64,000 nucleotides of DNA, taken from the NCBI RefSeq assembly GCF_001677475.2, contig NZ_CP015229.1. One strand, written 5' to 3'. The notes under the pieces are model-generated. The model searched no databases and was not told the DNA's origin. It saw only the letters and a list, made by a program, of their open reading frames with translations. Of the stretch, positions 46,714 to 57,849 are shown piece after piece (within the stretch, counting starts at the first letter, position 1; the number at the start of each line of letters is the position of its first letter). Both the position numbers and the translations under genes were made by a program. Source of the DNA: Escherichia coli (GTDB lineage Bacteria > Pseudomonadota > Gammaproteobacteria > Enterobacterales > Enterobacteriaceae).

Positions 46714-48546
46714 ATGCGATATGTAGCAGGCATTGATATCGGCAACTCATCAACAGAGGTTGCGCTGGCAACGCTCAGTGCAACTGGAGAGTTGTCGTTC
46801 GTGAGTAGCGCCCTGGCGGAAACCACAGGAATTAAAGGTACGTTGCGTAACGTCCATGGTATTCAGGAGGCGCTCGCACAGGCAACGAAAAAAGTCGGCA
46901 TCAATGTTAGCGATATTTCGCTTATTCGTATCAATGAAGCAACCCCGGTCATTGGTGATGTGGCGATGGAAACCATCACTGAAACTATCATCACCGAATC
47001 AACCATGATCGGTCACAACCCGAAAACTCCGGGCGGAGTGGGGCTGGGCGTAGGGCTCACCATCACTCCGCAAGAGTTATTAACACGCCCGGCGGACACA
47101 CCTTACATTCTGGTGGTGTCATCGGCATTTGATTTTGCCGATATCGCGAAGATGATAAACGCCTCCGTACGAGCCGGATATCAGCTGACTGGCGTTATTC
47201 TACAACGCGACGATGGTGTGCTGGTCAATAACCGCCTGGAAATTCCTTTACCTATTGTGGATGAAGTCCTCTACATCGATCGTATTCCGCTCGGCATGCT
47301 GGCTGCAATTGAAGTTGCCGTTCCCGGGAAAGTTATCGAAACCCTGTCTAACCCGTATGGGATTGCCACCGTTTTCGCCCTCAATGCTGAAGAGACTAAA
47401 AATATTGTTCCTGTCGCGCGGGCGCTAATCGGCAACCGTTCAGCAGTGGTAGTGAAAACGCCCTCTGGCGACGTTAAAGCCCGTTCGATACCCGCCGGAA
47501 ATATCGAACTGCTTTCTGCCGGGCGCACAACGCGGGTTGATGTAGCTGCTGGTGCCGATGCCATTATGAAAGCGGTCGGTGAGTGCCCAAAACTGGAAAA
47601 CGTGACAGGAGAACCAGGCACCAACATCGGCGGAATGCTGGAACATGTTCGCCAGACCATGGCGGAACTGACCAACAAACCCAGCAACGAAATTTTTATT
47701 CAGGATTTGCTGGCGATAGATACCTCTGTCCCCGTCAGCGTAACCGGCGGTCTGGCAGGTGAATTTTCACTGGAACAGGCTGTGGGTATTGCTTCTATGG
47801 TGAAATCCGACCGTCTGCAAATGGCGATGATCGCCAGTGAAATTAAGCAAAAACTGCATGTTGATGTTCAGGTCGGAGGCGCAGAAGCAGAAGCCGCCAT
47901 TCAGGGGGCCTTGACTACCCCAGGAACCACACGTCCACTGGCAATTCTGGACTTAGGTGCAGGCTCTACCGATGCCTCCATCATCAATCAGAAAGGGGAA
48001 ATCGTTGCCACTCACCTTGCGGGAGCGGGCGACATGGTAACGATGATTATCGCTCGTGAGCTGGGCTTAAATGATCGTTATCTGGCAGAAGAAATCAAAA
48101 AGTACCCGTTGGCAAAAGTAGAAAGCCTGTTCCACTTACGCCATGAAGATGGCAGCGTTCAGTTCTTCCCTACTCCCCTATCCCCTCATGTATTCGCCCG
48201 CGTTTGTGTGGTGAAACCTGACGAACTGGTGCCTATTCCCGGTGATTTGACGCTGGAAAAAGTACGCGCTGTTCGTCGCAGTGCGAAAGAACGTGTCTTC
48301 GTAACCAATGCCCTGCGCGCGCTACGTCAGGTAAGCCCTGCCGGAAATATTCGCGACATTCCGTTCGTCGTTCTGGTGGGTGGTTCTTCGCTGGATTTCG
48401 AAGTACCGCAATTGGTCACCGACGCGCTGGCACATTATCGACTGGTCGCCGGGCGGGGGAATATCCGTGGTAGCGAAGGTCCGCGCAACGCGGTAGCTAC
48501 TGGGCTACTCATCGCCTGGCACAAGGAGTCGATTCATGGAAAGTAA
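46714..48546 (+). CDS. pduG: Diol dehydratase reactivase large subunit
   Basis: 610 aa; MRYVAGIDIGNSSTEVALA... actin/Hsp70-like ATPase fold typical of PduG/DdrA. Confidence 0.85.
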   Translation: MRYVAGIDIGNSSTEVALATLSATGELSFVSSALAETTGIKGTLRNVHGIQEALAQATKKVGINVSDISLIRINEATPVIGDVAMETITETIITESTMIGHNPKTPGGVGLGVGLTITPQELLTRPADTPYILVVSSAFDFADIAKMINASVRAGYQLTGVILQRDDGVLVNNRLEIPLPIVDEVLYIDRIPLGMLAAIEVAVPGKVIETLSNPYGIATVFALNAEETKNIVPVARALIGNRSAVVVKTPSGDVKARSIPAGNIELLSAGRTTRVDVAAGADAIMKAVGECPKLENVTGEPGTNIGGMLEHVRQTMAELTNKPSNEIFIQDLLAIDTSVPVSVTGGLAGEFSLEQAVGIASMVKSDRLQMAMIASEIKQKLHVDVQVGGAEAEAAIQGALTTPGTTRPLAILDLGAGSTDASIINQKGEIVATHLAGAGDMVTMIIARELGLNDRYLAEEIKKYPLAKVESLFHLRHEDGSVQFFPTPLSPHVFARVCVVKPDELVPIPGDLTLEKVRAVRRSAKERVFVTNALRALRQVSPAGNIRDIPFVVLVGGSSLDFEVPQLVTDALAHYRLVAGRGNIRGSEGPRNAVATGLLIAWHKESIHGK

Positions 48547-48886
48547 AGAGCGTGCACCAGCCATCGTCGTCATGGAGATCGGTGACTGTATCACTACATG
48601 GGATGAAGTGCTTCTTGGCATTGAAGAGGAAGGTATTCCCTTTCGCATTCAACACATTCCGTCAGGTGAAGTTATCGATAGCGCCTGGCTGGCTGCTCGT
48701 CAATCTCCCCTGTTGGTTGGCATTGCCTGCGATCAGGAAAAACTGATTGTACATTACAAAAACTTACCGGCATCAGCGCCACTGTTTACGCTGATGTATC
48801 AACAAGATAACCATGCCCGGCGCAGCATCGGCACTAACGCTGCCCGCCTGGTAAAAGGGATTCCCTTCCGGGAACTCCACTCATAA
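48536..48886 (+). CDS. pduH: Diol dehydratase reactivase small subunit
   Basis: 116 aa; overlaps the pduG end; position and size match PduH. Confidence 0.8.
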   Translation: MESKERAPAIVVMEIGDCITTWDEVLLGIEEEGIPFRIQHIPSGEVIDSAWLAARQSPLLVGIACDQEKLIVHYKNLPASAPLFTLMYQQDNHARRSIGTNAARLVKGIPFRELHS

Positions 48887-48905
48887 TCCACAGGAGAAAC
48901 GCAGT

Positions 48906-49181
48906 ATGAACAACGCACTAGGACTGGTTGAAACAAAAGGGTTAGTTGGCGCAATTGAAGCTGCAGATGCCATGGTTAAATCCGCCAACGTGCAACTGGT
49001 TGGCTATGAAAAGATTGGTTCGGGTCTGATTACGGTGATGGTCCGCGGTGATGTTGGTGCAGTAAAGGCCGCCGTGGATGCGGGGAGCGCTGCGGCAAGC
49101 GCAGTTGGCGAAGTGAAATCCTGCCATGTCATCCCGCGCCCACACAGTGATGTTGAGGCTATTTTACCTAAATCGGCATAA
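48906..49181 (+). CDS. pduJ: BMC-H shell protein PduJ
   Basis: 91 aa; single BMC domain, PduA paralogue. Confidence 0.9.
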   Translation: MNNALGLVETKGLVGAIEAADAMVKSANVQLVGYEKIGSGLITVMVRGDVGAVKAAVDAGSAAASAVGEVKSCHVIPRPHSDVEAILPKSA

Positions 49182-49204
49182 CCCCATTTGCTAAGGAGCA
49201 CAGC

Positions 49205-49627
49205 GTGAAGCAATCACTGGGATTACTTGAAGTCAGTGGTCTGGCTCTCGCCATCAGTTGCGCAGACGCTATGGCAAAAGCCGCGTCCATCACGCTGGTT
49301 GGCCTTGAGAAGACCAATGGCTCAGGCTGGACGCTCATCAAAATCACCGGTGACGTCGCCTCGGTTAATGCGGCGATCGCGACGGGAGCCAGTTTCGCCG
49401 GACAGCGAAATGGCCTTGTCGCACACAAAGTGATTGCCCGCCCGGGAGACGGCATTCTGCCCCACACAACTGAAGCATTGACCGTGACGGTTGAAACAAG
49501 CAAAACACCAGCAACAACCGTCACCTCAGAGATTATCAGTTGTAATTTGTGTCTTGACCCGGCATGTCAGCGGCAAAAAGGTGAGCCCCGCTCACTTTGC
49601 CTGTACGCCAATAAGCGAGGGGAGTAG
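49205..49627 (+). CDS. pduK: BMC shell protein PduK
   Basis: 140 aa; N-terminal BMC domain with C-terminal extension containing cysteines (CNLCLDPAC). Confidence 0.8.
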   Translation: MKQSLGLLEVSGLALAISCADAMAKAASITLVGLEKTNGSGWTLIKITGDVASVNAAIATGASFAGQRNGLVAHKVIARPGDGILPHTTEALTVTVETSKTPATTVTSEIISCNLCLDPACQRQKGEPRSLCLYANKRGE

Positions 49628-49629
49628 CA

Positions 49630-50262
49630 GTGGATAAACAAACCCTGCAGGAAACAGTGAGCCAGATTCTGGATGAGATGCGCGAGCGCCCTATCCCACT
49701 GGGCGTTTCCAGTCGCCATATTCATCTTTCAACAGCGGATTATTTGCGTCTTTTTCCTGAACAACCGATTAGCGAGAAAAAGCCGTTAATGCAACCTGGC
49801 CAATTCGCTGCTGAACAGGTTGTTACGCTGGAGGGACCAAAAGGCAAATTGCACAACGTTCGCTTGTTGGGGCCGCTACGCAATGCAAGCCAGGTGGAAA
49901 TTTCCCGGACGGACGCCAGAACGTTAGGGATCACCGCCCCGCTACGCATGTCAGGCGATCTCAGCGGCACTCCGGGGATTCGTTTGATAAGCCCATTTGC
50001 GGAACTGGAGATCACATCTGGCGTCATTGTCGCGCAACGGCATATTCATATGTCTCCGCTGGATGCCCTGATTTATGGCGTTACGCATGGCGATAAATTG
50101 GCGGTTGCCATTGAAGGTGATGAGCGAGGACTGATATTCGAAAACGTCGCTGTTCGCGTCTCTCCGGATATGCGTCTTGAAATGCATATTGATACCGATG
50201 AGGCCAACGCCGCAGGCGCTGATAGCCCTGACGTTTTTGCCACACTGGTGTCAGTGCCATGA
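49630..50262 (+). CDS. pduL: Phosphate propanoyltransferase
   Basis: 210 aa; PduL/EutD-like; position matches. Confidence 0.8.
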   Translation: MDKQTLQETVSQILDEMRERPIPLGVSSRHIHLSTADYLRLFPEQPISEKKPLMQPGQFAAEQVVTLEGPKGKLHNVRLLGPLRNASQVEISRTDARTLGITAPLRMSGDLSGTPGIRLISPFAELEITSGVIVAQRHIHMSPLDALIYGVTHGDKLAVAIEGDERGLIFENVAVRVSPDMRLEMHIDTDEANAAGADSPDVFATLVSVP

Positions 50263-50750
50263 ATAACATGCTGATGCAACGTATTGTTGACGAAGTGGTT
50301 TTTCGCCTTAAACAACGTGCGGGAAAAGCACTCGTGCTGACTGTTTTTCAACTGCGAGACGCCAGCGTTCAAGAGAGCGTTCATCAGTATGCGTCATTAC
50401 AAATCCGATATGTCGATCTGCCGTTGTTACGACAACTTGCGGAGAACAAAACGTCAGATCGAGCAGCAATTCAGATACACGAAGCGTTAGCCTGGGGATT
50501 GCACATTCAATTGTCGTTGCAGCGTCATTTCCTGAACGCCATTGAATTGAAGACTCTCGCCCGTCTACCGCTAAGCTGGTGCGACGAGCAAGGGCAACCG
50601 ATCTACCTTCATCGTGATCGACTTTTAAGTTATGCCGATATTGCACAGTTAAGCTCGGGAATACTGGTGTTACAGCGAAAATGTTGTGTGACCGCACTGG
50701 CTCGTGAAGCGGCAATTACCCGAAATATTCAGTTAATCAGGCAGGAGTAA
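50259..50750 (+). CDS. pduM: Microcompartment structural protein PduM
   Basis: 163 aa; position and size match PduM. Confidence 0.75.
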   Translation: MNNMLMQRIVDEVVFRLKQRAGKALVLTVFQLRDASVQESVHQYASLQIRYVDLPLLRQLAENKTSDRAAIQIHEALAWGLHIQLSLQRHFLNAIELKTLARLPLSWCDEQGQPIYLHRDRLLSYADIAQLSSGILVLQRKCCVTALAREAAITRNIQLIRQE

Positions 50751-50753
50751 CCT

Positions 50754-51029
50754 ATGCATCTGGCTCGAGTCACTGGCGCGGTAGTATCCACGCAAAAATC
50801 ACCTTCTCTGATCGGGAAAAAACTGCTGCTGGTTCGCCGGGTCAGTGCTGACGGCGAACTGCCTCTCACGCCATTAACCGGCGACGAAGTTGCCGTTGAT
50901 TCCGTCGGCGCAGGCGTTGGTGAGTTGGTACTCCTCAGCAGTGGTTCCAGTGCCAGACATGTGTTTTCAGGCCCTAACGAGGCCATCGACCTGGCAGTGG
51001 TCGGCATTGTCGATACGCTTTCGCGCTAA
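50754..51029 (+). CDS. pduN: BMC vertex (pentamer) protein PduN
   Basis: 91 aa; EutN/CcmL-family pattern. Confidence 0.85.
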   Translation: MHLARVTGAVVSTQKSPSLIGKKLLLVRRVSADGELPLTPLTGDEVAVDSVGAGVGELVLLSSGSSARHVFSGPNEAIDLAVVGIVDTLSR

Positions 51030-51040
51030 GGAGCTGAAAG

Positions 51041-52048
51041 ATGGCAATTTATACCCGAACAGGTGATTCAGGAAGTACGTCTTTATTTACCGGACAGCGC
51101 GTCAGCAAAACTCATCTACGTGTCGAAACCTATGGCACGCTGGATGAACTGAACGCGACACTCAGTCTGTGTTATTGCGCCACCGCCATCGAAAGCCATC
51201 GCATCTTACTGGAAGCTATTCAACAACAGATATTTTGGTTTAGCGCCGAACTCGCCAGTGAAAGCGAACAGCCGTCAGCGCAGCAGCGTTACATCGGTAC
51301 GGAAGAAATTGCCGCGCTGGAAAACGCGATCGATAGCGCAATGAACGCCGTCCCCCCAGTTCACAGCTTCATTCTGCCTGGTCGATGTGAAGCCGCGAGC
51401 CGCATGCATTTCGCCCGCACAGTGGCTCGACGGGCTGAAAGACGTCTGGTTGAACTGACAACGGAAACCACCGTCCGGAAGGTTTTGCTGCACTATATCA
51501 ACCGACTTTCCGATTGTCTGTATGCCCTCGCCCGCGTGGAAGACAACGTTGCTCATCAAAACCTGATGATTCAGGAAATCACAAAACGTTATCACGAAGC
51601 CAACCATACACCAGCATTGAAGGAACGCACAATGCCGCTCACTTTTCAGGATCTTCACCAGCTCATTCGTAGTGCGGCAATGCGCGCAGATGAACTGCAT
51701 ATTCCCGTTGTCATCAGCATTGTTGATGCCAACGGAACAGAAAGTGTTACCTGGCGGATGCCTGATGCCCTGTTGGTCAGCAGTGAACTGGCACCGAAAA
51801 AAGCCTGGACCGCCGTGGCGATGAAAACGGCAACCCACAAACTTGCTGATACCGTGCAACCCGGCGCGCCGCTTTACGGGCTCGAAAGCCATATGCAAGG
51901 CAAAGTCGTCACTTTTGGTGGCGGCTTCCCCCTCTGGCGTGACGGAATATTGCTTGGCGGGCTTGGCATCAGCGGCGGTAGCGTTGAACAAGACATGGAT
52001 ATTGCTCAAAGCGCAATGGCGGCAATTAACGTGGGAGTAAACCAATGA
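51041..52048 (+). CDS. pduO: ATP:cob(I)alamin adenosyltransferase (PduO type) with C-terminal DUF336 domain
   Basis: 335 aa; N-terminal MAIYTRTGDSGSTSLFTG is the PduO-type ATR signature. Confidence 0.85.
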   Translation: MAIYTRTGDSGSTSLFTGQRVSKTHLRVETYGTLDELNATLSLCYCATAIESHRILLEAIQQQIFWFSAELASESEQPSAQQRYIGTEEIAALENAIDSAMNAVPPVHSFILPGRCEAASRMHFARTVARRAERRLVELTTETTVRKVLLHYINRLSDCLYALARVEDNVAHQNLMIQEITKRYHEANHTPALKERTMPLTFQDLHQLIRSAAMRADELHIPVVISIVDANGTESVTWRMPDALLVSSELAPKKAWTAVAMKTATHKLADTVQPGAPLYGLESHMQGKVVTFGGGFPLWRDGILLGGLGISGGSVEQDMDIAQSAMAAINVGVNQ

Positions 52049-53430
52049 ATAACTCTGAATTAGAAACACTGATCCGCAATATTCTGCGCGAGCAACTTGT
52101 CCCCGCTACACCACGAACGCAAAGAAACGCTATTTTCCAGACTGTTGATGAAGCGGTCTGCGCAGCACACCAGGCCTTTTTACGCTTTCAACAGTGCCCG
52201 CTGAAAACCCGTAGCGCCATTATCAGCGCCATTCGCGAAGAATTAATGCCCCGCCTTACCGAACTGGCAGAAGAAAGCGCCAAAGAAACGGGGATGGGAA
52301 ATAAAGAAGATAAGTACCTAAAAAACAAAGCGGCACTCGATAACACGCCAGGAATTGAAGATTTAACCACCACTGCACTAACCGGTGATGGTGGCATGGT
52401 TTTGTTTGAATACTCCCCGTTTGGGGTTATTGGCTCGGTCACGCCGAGCACCAACCCCACGGAAACCATCATTAACAACAGCATCAGCATGCTGGCAGCA
52501 GGTAATAGCGTCTACTTCAGTCCACACCCGGGAGCCAAATACGTTTCGTTAAAACTGATTACCACAATCGAAGACATCGCGTTTCGCTGTAGTGGCATTC
52601 ATAACCTGATCGTTACCGTATCTGAACCGACCTTTGCTGCTACCGAACAGATGATGGCGCACCCTAAAATCAGCGTTCTGGCGATTACCGGCGGTCCGGG
52701 GATCGTCGCCATGGGAATGAAAAGTGGCAAGAAAGTGATTGGTGCCGGAGCGGGTAACCCTCCGTGTATCGTCGATGAAACGGCGGATATTGTGAAAGCC
52801 GTCGAAGATATCATCAACGGCGCTTCATTTGATTACAACCTGCCGTGTATCGCTGAAAAAAGCCTGATTGTCGTAGCATCAGTGGCAGAGTATTTAATTC
52901 AGCAGATGCAAAGTTTTGGCGCGCTTCTTCTTAACTATGAGCAAACGGAGAAATTGCGTGCAATTTGCCTGCCAGACGGTAGCGCCAACAAAAAACTGGT
53001 TGGGAAAAGCCCATCAGCCTTGCTGGAAGCGGCAGGCCTCCCTTTGCCCGCAAAAGCGCCGCGCCTACTGATTGCTGTTGTCGACGCCAATGATAGTTGG
53101 GTTACTTGTGAACAACTGATGCCAATGCTGCCCATTGTGAAGGTCAACGATTTTGATAGCGCTCTCGCCCTGGCGCTGAAAGTGGAAGACGGCTTGCACC
53201 ACACGGCAATTATGCACTCGCAGAACGTCTCACGGCTCAACCTTGCCGCACGCGTTATGCAAACCTCAATCTTTGTCAAAAACGGCCCCTCCTGGGCGGG
53301 TATTGGCGTCGGCGGCGAAGGCTTTACGACCTTTACCATTGCAACACCGACCGGAGAAGGGACAACGTCAGCACGGACTTTTGCCCGCTCACGACGCTGC
53401 GTGTTAACCAGCGGCTTTTCAATTCGCTAG
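52045..53430 (+). CDS. pduP: CoA-acylating propionaldehyde dehydrogenase
   Basis: 461 aa; aldehyde dehydrogenase fold with catalytic Cys region (NPPCIVDE...); position matches PduP. Confidence 0.85.
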   Translation: MNNSELETLIRNILREQLVPATPRTQRNAIFQTVDEAVCAAHQAFLRFQQCPLKTRSAIISAIREELMPRLTELAEESAKETGMGNKEDKYLKNKAALDNTPGIEDLTTTALTGDGGMVLFEYSPFGVIGSVTPSTNPTETIINNSISMLAAGNSVYFSPHPGAKYVSLKLITTIEDIAFRCSGIHNLIVTVSEPTFAATEQMMAHPKISVLAITGGPGIVAMGMKSGKKVIGAGAGNPPCIVDETADIVKAVEDIINGASFDYNLPCIAEKSLIVVASVAEYLIQQMQSFGALLLNYEQTEKLRAICLPDGSANKKLVGKSPSALLEAAGLPLPAKAPRLLIAVVDANDSWVTCEQLMPMLPIVKVNDFDSALALALKVEDGLHHTAIMHSQNVSRLNLAARVMQTSIFVKNGPSWAGIGVGGEGFTTFTIATPTGEGTTSARTFARSRRCVLTSGFSIR

Positions 53431-53440
53431 AGAAACGGAA

Positions 53441-54553
53441 ATGAATACTTTTTCACTGCAGACGCGTTTATACAGCGGACCGGGAAGTCTCAAGGTACTT
53501 AGCCGTTTCTCTCATAAACACATCTGGATTGTTTGCGACGTCTTTCTGGCACGTTCACCACTCATTGACACGTTGCATCAGGCGCTGCCCGACAGTAATC
53601 GTCTTAGTATTTTTAGCGAAATAACGCCCGACCCAACTATCCAGACCGTGGTGAAAGGCATTGCGCAAATGCAGACTTTACGCCCGGATGTGGTTATCGG
53701 TTTTGGCGGCGGTTCTGCCCTGGACGCCGCAAAAGCGATTGTCTGGTTCGGTCGCCAGTGTGGCATTGAAATTGAAACCTGCGTAGCCATTCCTACCACC
53801 AGCGGTACCGGTTCCGAAGTGACCAGTGCTTGTGTCATCAGCGATCCTGAGAAAGGGATTAAATATCCCCTTTTCGATAATGCACTTTATCCGGATATCG
53901 CGATCCTTGATCCATCTCTGATCGTCAGCGTGCCACCGGCGATAACGGCCAATACCGGGATGGATGTTTTAACCCATGCGCTTGAAGCTTATGTTTCTCC
54001 TCGCGCCAGCGACTTCACGGATGCACTGGTCGAAAAAGCCGTGCAAATTGTTTTTCAATACCTGCCCACTGCAGTGAAAAAAGGCGATTGTCTTGCCACC
54101 CGTGGCAAAATGCATAATGCATCGACGCTTGCAGGAATGGCCTTTAGCCAGGCCGGACTCGGTTTAAACCATGCAATTGCTCATCAACTCGGCGGACAGT
54201 TTCATCTGCCGCACGGACTGGCGAATGCGCTCCTGCTCACGGCAGTTATCCGCTTTAATGCTGGCGATCCGCGCACAGCCAAACGCTATGCCCGGCTGGC
54301 GAAAACGTGCCATTTATGCCCGGACAACGCCAATGACACCGCCAGCCTGAATGCACTTATTCAACATATTGAGCAGCTTAAAACAACCTGTACGCTGCCG
54401 ACTCTTACCAATGCGCTGAAAGAAAAAAAAGCAGAATGGTCAATACGCATACCAGATATGGTTCAGGCGGCACTGGCGGATGCAACGTTGCGTACCAACC
54501 CGCGTGCGGCTGATGCCTCCGCTATTGCAGAACTGCTCGAGGAGTTGTTATGA
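53441..54553 (+). CDS. pduQ: Iron-containing 1-propanol dehydrogenase
   Basis: 370 aa; Fe-ADH family GGGS glycine-rich motif; position matches PduQ. Confidence 0.85.
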   Translation: MNTFSLQTRLYSGPGSLKVLSRFSHKHIWIVCDVFLARSPLIDTLHQALPDSNRLSIFSEITPDPTIQTVVKGIAQMQTLRPDVVIGFGGGSALDAAKAIVWFGRQCGIEIETCVAIPTTSGTGSEVTSACVISDPEKGIKYPLFDNALYPDIAILDPSLIVSVPPAITANTGMDVLTHALEAYVSPRASDFTDALVEKAVQIVFQYLPTAVKKGDCLATRGKMHNASTLAGMAFSQAGLGLNHAIAHQLGGQFHLPHGLANALLLTAVIRFNAGDPRTAKRYARLAKTCHLCPDNANDTASLNALIQHIEQLKTTCTLPTLTNALKEKKAEWSIRIPDMVQAALADATLRTNPRAADASAIAELLEELL

Positions 54554-55893
54554 ACGTCGAGTTAACCTCCTGCGACGACCAGACCATCCGCGAGCGAGTA
54601 CAGGCAGCAGGTGTCGTGGGTGCAGGCGGCGCAGGTTTTCCAACCCATATTAAGCTACAAGCGCGTGTTGACACTTTCCTGGTGAATGCGGCGGAATGCG
54701 AACCAATGTTGAACGTGGATCAACAGTTAATGGCGCAGCAAGCCAGTCGCCTGCTTCGCGGTGTTCACTATGCGATGAAAGCCACCGGGGCCAGTAGCGG
54801 AATCATCGCGCTGAAAGAGAAATATCAACTGGCAATAAACGCACTCACACCACTGTTACCACCGGATATCCGCCTGCATATTTTGCCCGACGTTTACCCC
54901 GCAGGAGACGAAGTGCTGACCATCTGGATGGCAACTGGTCGCCGCGTTCCACCCGCTGCATTACCCGTTAGCGTCGGTGTGGTGGTCAATAATGTTCAAA
55001 CCGTACTTAATATTGCCAGAGCCGTCGAGCAACAGTATCCAGTGACGCGCCGCACACTCACCGTTAATGGTGCAGTGGCGAAACCAATAACGGTAACCGT
55101 CCCCATCGGCATGTCTTTACGTGAAGTCCTGGCGCTGGCGGGCGGCGCAACAGTGGATGCTCCTGGTTTTATCAATGGCGGACCGATGATGGGAAGTTTG
55201 ATCACATCGCTCGACACACCAGTCAGCAAAACCACTGGCGGCTTGCTGGTTTTACCCAACTCTCATTCACTGATCCAACGTCGAATGCAGAATGACCGCA
55301 GCGTACTTGCCGTCGCGAAAACTGTTTGTGAGCAATGCCGCTTGTGTACCGATCTCTGCCCACGTCATTTAATCGGTCACGAACTGGCACCCCATTTGTT
55401 AGTACGTGCGGTTAACTACCAACAGCTCGCTACGCCGCAACTGTTACTGACGGCGCTCACCTGTTCAGAGTGCAACGTCTGCGCCAGCGTCGCCTGTCCG
55501 GTAGGAATTTCACCAATGCGCATAAACCGCCTGCTTAAGCAGGAATTACGCGCACAAAATCTCCGTTACGAAGGTACCTTAAATCCTGCAGATCCCATGG
55601 CAAATTATCGACTGATTCCCGTAAAACGGCTGGTAACCAGACTTGGCTTAACCCCGTGGTATCAGGATGCGCCATTGTCTGAACAGGTGCCTCAGACCGA
55701 AAAAGTGACGTTATTGTTACGCCAGCACATCGGTGCCAGCGCAATTGCGTGTGTACAAAAAGGCGATCGCGTCGTTCATGGGCAATGTGTAGGTCAAATT
55801 CCACACGGCACATTAGGTGCCCCCATTCATGCCAGTATTGATGGCATGGTCAGCGATGTGACAGAAAACGCAATTACGCTTGTGAGAGGTTAA
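54550..55893 (+). CDS. pduS: Cobalamin reductase (Fe-S flavoprotein, RnfC-like)
   Basis: 447 aa; two Cys clusters ([12 protein letters not shown] and [13 protein letters not shown]); position matches PduS. Confidence 0.85.
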   Translation: MNVELTSCDDQTIRERVQAAGVVGAGGAGFPTHIKLQARVDTFLVNAAECEPMLNVDQQLMAQQASRLLRGVHYAMKATGASSGIIALKEKYQLAINALTPLLPPDIRLHILPDVYPAGDEVLTIWMATGRRVPPAALPVSVGVVVNNVQTVLNIARAVEQQYPVTRRTLTVNGAVAKPITVTVPIGMSLREVLALAGGATVDAPGFINGGPMMGSLITSLDTPVSKTTGGLLVLPNSHSLIQRRMQNDRSVLAVAKTVCEQCRLCTDLCPRHLIGHELAPHLLVRAVNYQQLATPQLLLTALTCSECNVCASVACPVGISPMRINRLLKQELRAQNLRYEGTLNPADPMANYRLIPVKRLVTRLGLTPWYQDAPLSEQVPQTEKVTLLLRQHIGASAIACVQKGDRVVHGQCVGQIPHGTLGAPIHASIDGMVSDVTENAITLVRG

Positions 55894-55895
55894 CC

Positions 55896-56450
55896 ATGTC
55901 GAAAGCGGTAGGTATTTTAGAACTTAGCAGTATCGCGAAAGGGATGGAAACCGGCGACGCCATGCTGAAAAGCGCCAACGTTGAGTTACTGGTCAGCAAA
56001 ACGCTATGCCCCGGAAAATTTCTGCTGATGCTCGGTGGCGATGTGGGCGCGGTGCAACAGGCCATCAATAGCGGATCTTCCCTTGCTGGTGAAATGCTGG
56101 TCGACAGTCTTGTCCTGCCGAATATTCATCCCAGCCTCCTTTCTGCAATCAGCGGACTTAACCATGTTGAACAGCACCGGGCTGTCGGCGTAGTCGAAAC
56201 CTGGAGTGTCGCCGCCTGCATTGACGCAGCCGATTGTGCTGTCAAAGCTGCGAATGTCATTCTCGTTCGCGTACATATGGCTTTTGGCATTGGTGGTAAA
56301 TGCTACATGGTGGTTGCTGGCGATATTTCAGATGTTAATAACGCGGTCTCTGTTGCCAGCGAGCGTGCGGGGGAAAAAGGTTTGTTGGTCTATCGGTCAG
56401 TGATTGCCCGTCCACATGAAGCCATGTGGCGTCAGATGGTGGAGGGATAA
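55896..56450 (+). CDS. pduT: Tandem-BMC shell protein PduT
   Basis: 184 aa; two BMC-like repeats. Confidence 0.85.
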   Translation: MSKAVGILELSSIAKGMETGDAMLKSANVELLVSKTLCPGKFLLMLGGDVGAVQQAINSGSSLAGEMLVDSLVLPNIHPSLLSAISGLNHVEQHRAVGVVETWSVAACIDAADCAVKAANVILVRVHMAFGIGGKCYMVVAGDISDVNNAVSVASERAGEKGLLVYRSVIARPHEAMWRQMVEG

Positions 56451-56800
56451 TGACAACTCAGCACACAACTGAACGGATGATTCAGGAATATGTCCCTGGT
56501 AAGCAGGTCACGCTGGCACATGTCATCGCCAATCCAGGGAAGGATCTGTTTAAGAAATTGGGTTTACCAGACACCGTTTCTGCTATTGGCATTCTGACGA
56601 TTACCCCCAGCGAAGCATCTATCATCGCATGTGATATCGCCACAAAATCAGGCGCTGTAGAGATCGGTTTTCTTGATCGTTTTACCGGTGCCGTAGTGCT
56701 GACTGGTGATGTTTCTGCGATTGAATATGCACTTAGCCAGGTTACCCGTACGCTGGGTGAAATGATGCGCTTTACCGCTTGCCCCATTACGCGGACCTGA
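56450..56800 (+). CDS. pduU: BMC shell protein PduU (permuted BMC)
   Basis: About 116 aa from [18 protein letters not shown]...; its start overlaps the pduT stop; the ORF track 56426..56800 is an upstream extension. Confidence 0.85.
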   Translation: MTTQHTTERMIQEYVPGKQVTLAHVIANPGKDLFKKLGLPDTVSAIGILTITPSEASIIACDIATKSGAVEIGFLDRFTGAVVLTGDVSAIEYALSQVTRTLGEMMRFTACPITRT

Positions 56801-56804
56801 CGTT

Positions 56805-57248
56805 ATGCAACGTATGATGCTCATCGGCCCCAGCCAGTGCGGAAAAACGTCGCTCACGCAATGTCTGCGTGGCGAAAATATTCATTATCAGAAAACGCAG
56901 GCAATCGTCTGGTCCCCGACCACCATTGATACACCAGGCGAATACCTCGAAAACCGCAGCCTCTACAGTGCTCTGTTGGTCAGCGCCTGCGAAGCGGACA
57001 TTATCGCCCTGGTGCTTAATGCGGACGCACCGTGGTCCCCTTTTTCGCCAGGCTTTACCTCGTCAATGAATCGCCCGGTCATTGGAGTAGTAACCAAAGC
57101 AGATTTAGCCAGCATGGAACAAATATCTTTGGTGAAATGTTGGTTACGGGAAGCTGGAGCGCACAACGTGTTAGTAACCAGTGCGGTTAATAACAATGGA
57201 GTTACAGAACTTTTTGCCTTGCTGCATACAGAAGATGTCTGTCGCTAA
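56805..57248 (+). CDS. pduV: Small GTPase-like protein PduV
   Basis: 147 aa; P-loop GPSQCGKTS; last gene of the operon in this window. Confidence 0.85.
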   Translation: MQRMMLIGPSQCGKTSLTQCLRGENIHYQKTQAIVWSPTTIDTPGEYLENRSLYSALLVSACEADIIALVLNADAPWSPFSPGFTSSMNRPVIGVVTKADLASMEQISLVKCWLREAGAHNVLVTSAVNNNGVTELFALLHTEDVCR

Positions 57249-57307
57249 TTTCGATAGGTTATCAGATGGGAATGATGACTTTGATACACAGAAAAGAATC
57301 AATGAGC

Positions 57308-57336
57308 AATGAGGGTTGCCGGGCAACCCTCATTGA
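57308..57336. terminator. Perfect inverted repeat between convergent pduV and yeeX (terminator-like)
   Basis: tgagggttgcc-g-ggcaaccctca. Confidence 0.5.
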
Positions 57337-57348
57337 ATAAAACAGGAA

Positions 57349-57678
57349 TTACTTCGCTTCGCCGTTTTTCATTTCGCCCATAGCTTTCAGCTTTTTGGAG
57401 ATATCGCGGCGTTCTTTGGAGAGCTCGGCATTTTTGATGATGTAATCGTCAACACGATCTTCATAGTCACCTTTCATGCTGGCGATGATGCCCTGGATTG
57501 CTTCAACGCTCATCCCCGGCTTGATGTAATCGCTCAGGTTGTCCAGCAGCAGGACGCGCTTCTGGTTGTCACGGATCTTTTTCTCAACGTCCTGAATTTC
57601 ACGTTGCAGTTTGTTCTTACGACGGAACAGACGAACAAATTCCAGTACGTCCTGGAATGAAGGCTTGGTAGTTTCCAT
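57349..57678 (-). CDS. yeeX: DUF496 family protein YeeX
   Basis: 109 aa from [11 protein letters not shown]...; matches E. coli YeeX. Confidence 0.85.
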   Translation of the reverse strand: METTKPSFQDVLEFVRLFRRKNKLQREIQDVEKKIRDNQKRVLLLDNLSDYIKPGMSVEAIQGIIASMKGDYEDRVDDYIIKNAELSKERRDISKKLKAMGEMKNGEAK

Positions 57679-57849
57679 TTTTATACCCCTGATAATGTGA
57701 GAGTCGGATTCGTTTAAGCAACCGCTATTCGTTAGGGCCAACATTACTCATAGCTGCCGCAGATGACAATGCTTTTATCCCTTTTCACTATCATACCCTT
57801 TATCCTTGCTGAATCGAAGCAGCAGCAAGATGATTCTGAAGTTCAGGAA

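Noticed and set aside
51275-52069. 264-aa minus-strand ORF antisense to pduO/pduP, and similar antisense ORFs throughout the pdu operon
   Set aside because: Each is fully covered by a well-supported pdu gene on the plus strand; relatively GC-rich coding DNA commonly yields long antisense open frames.
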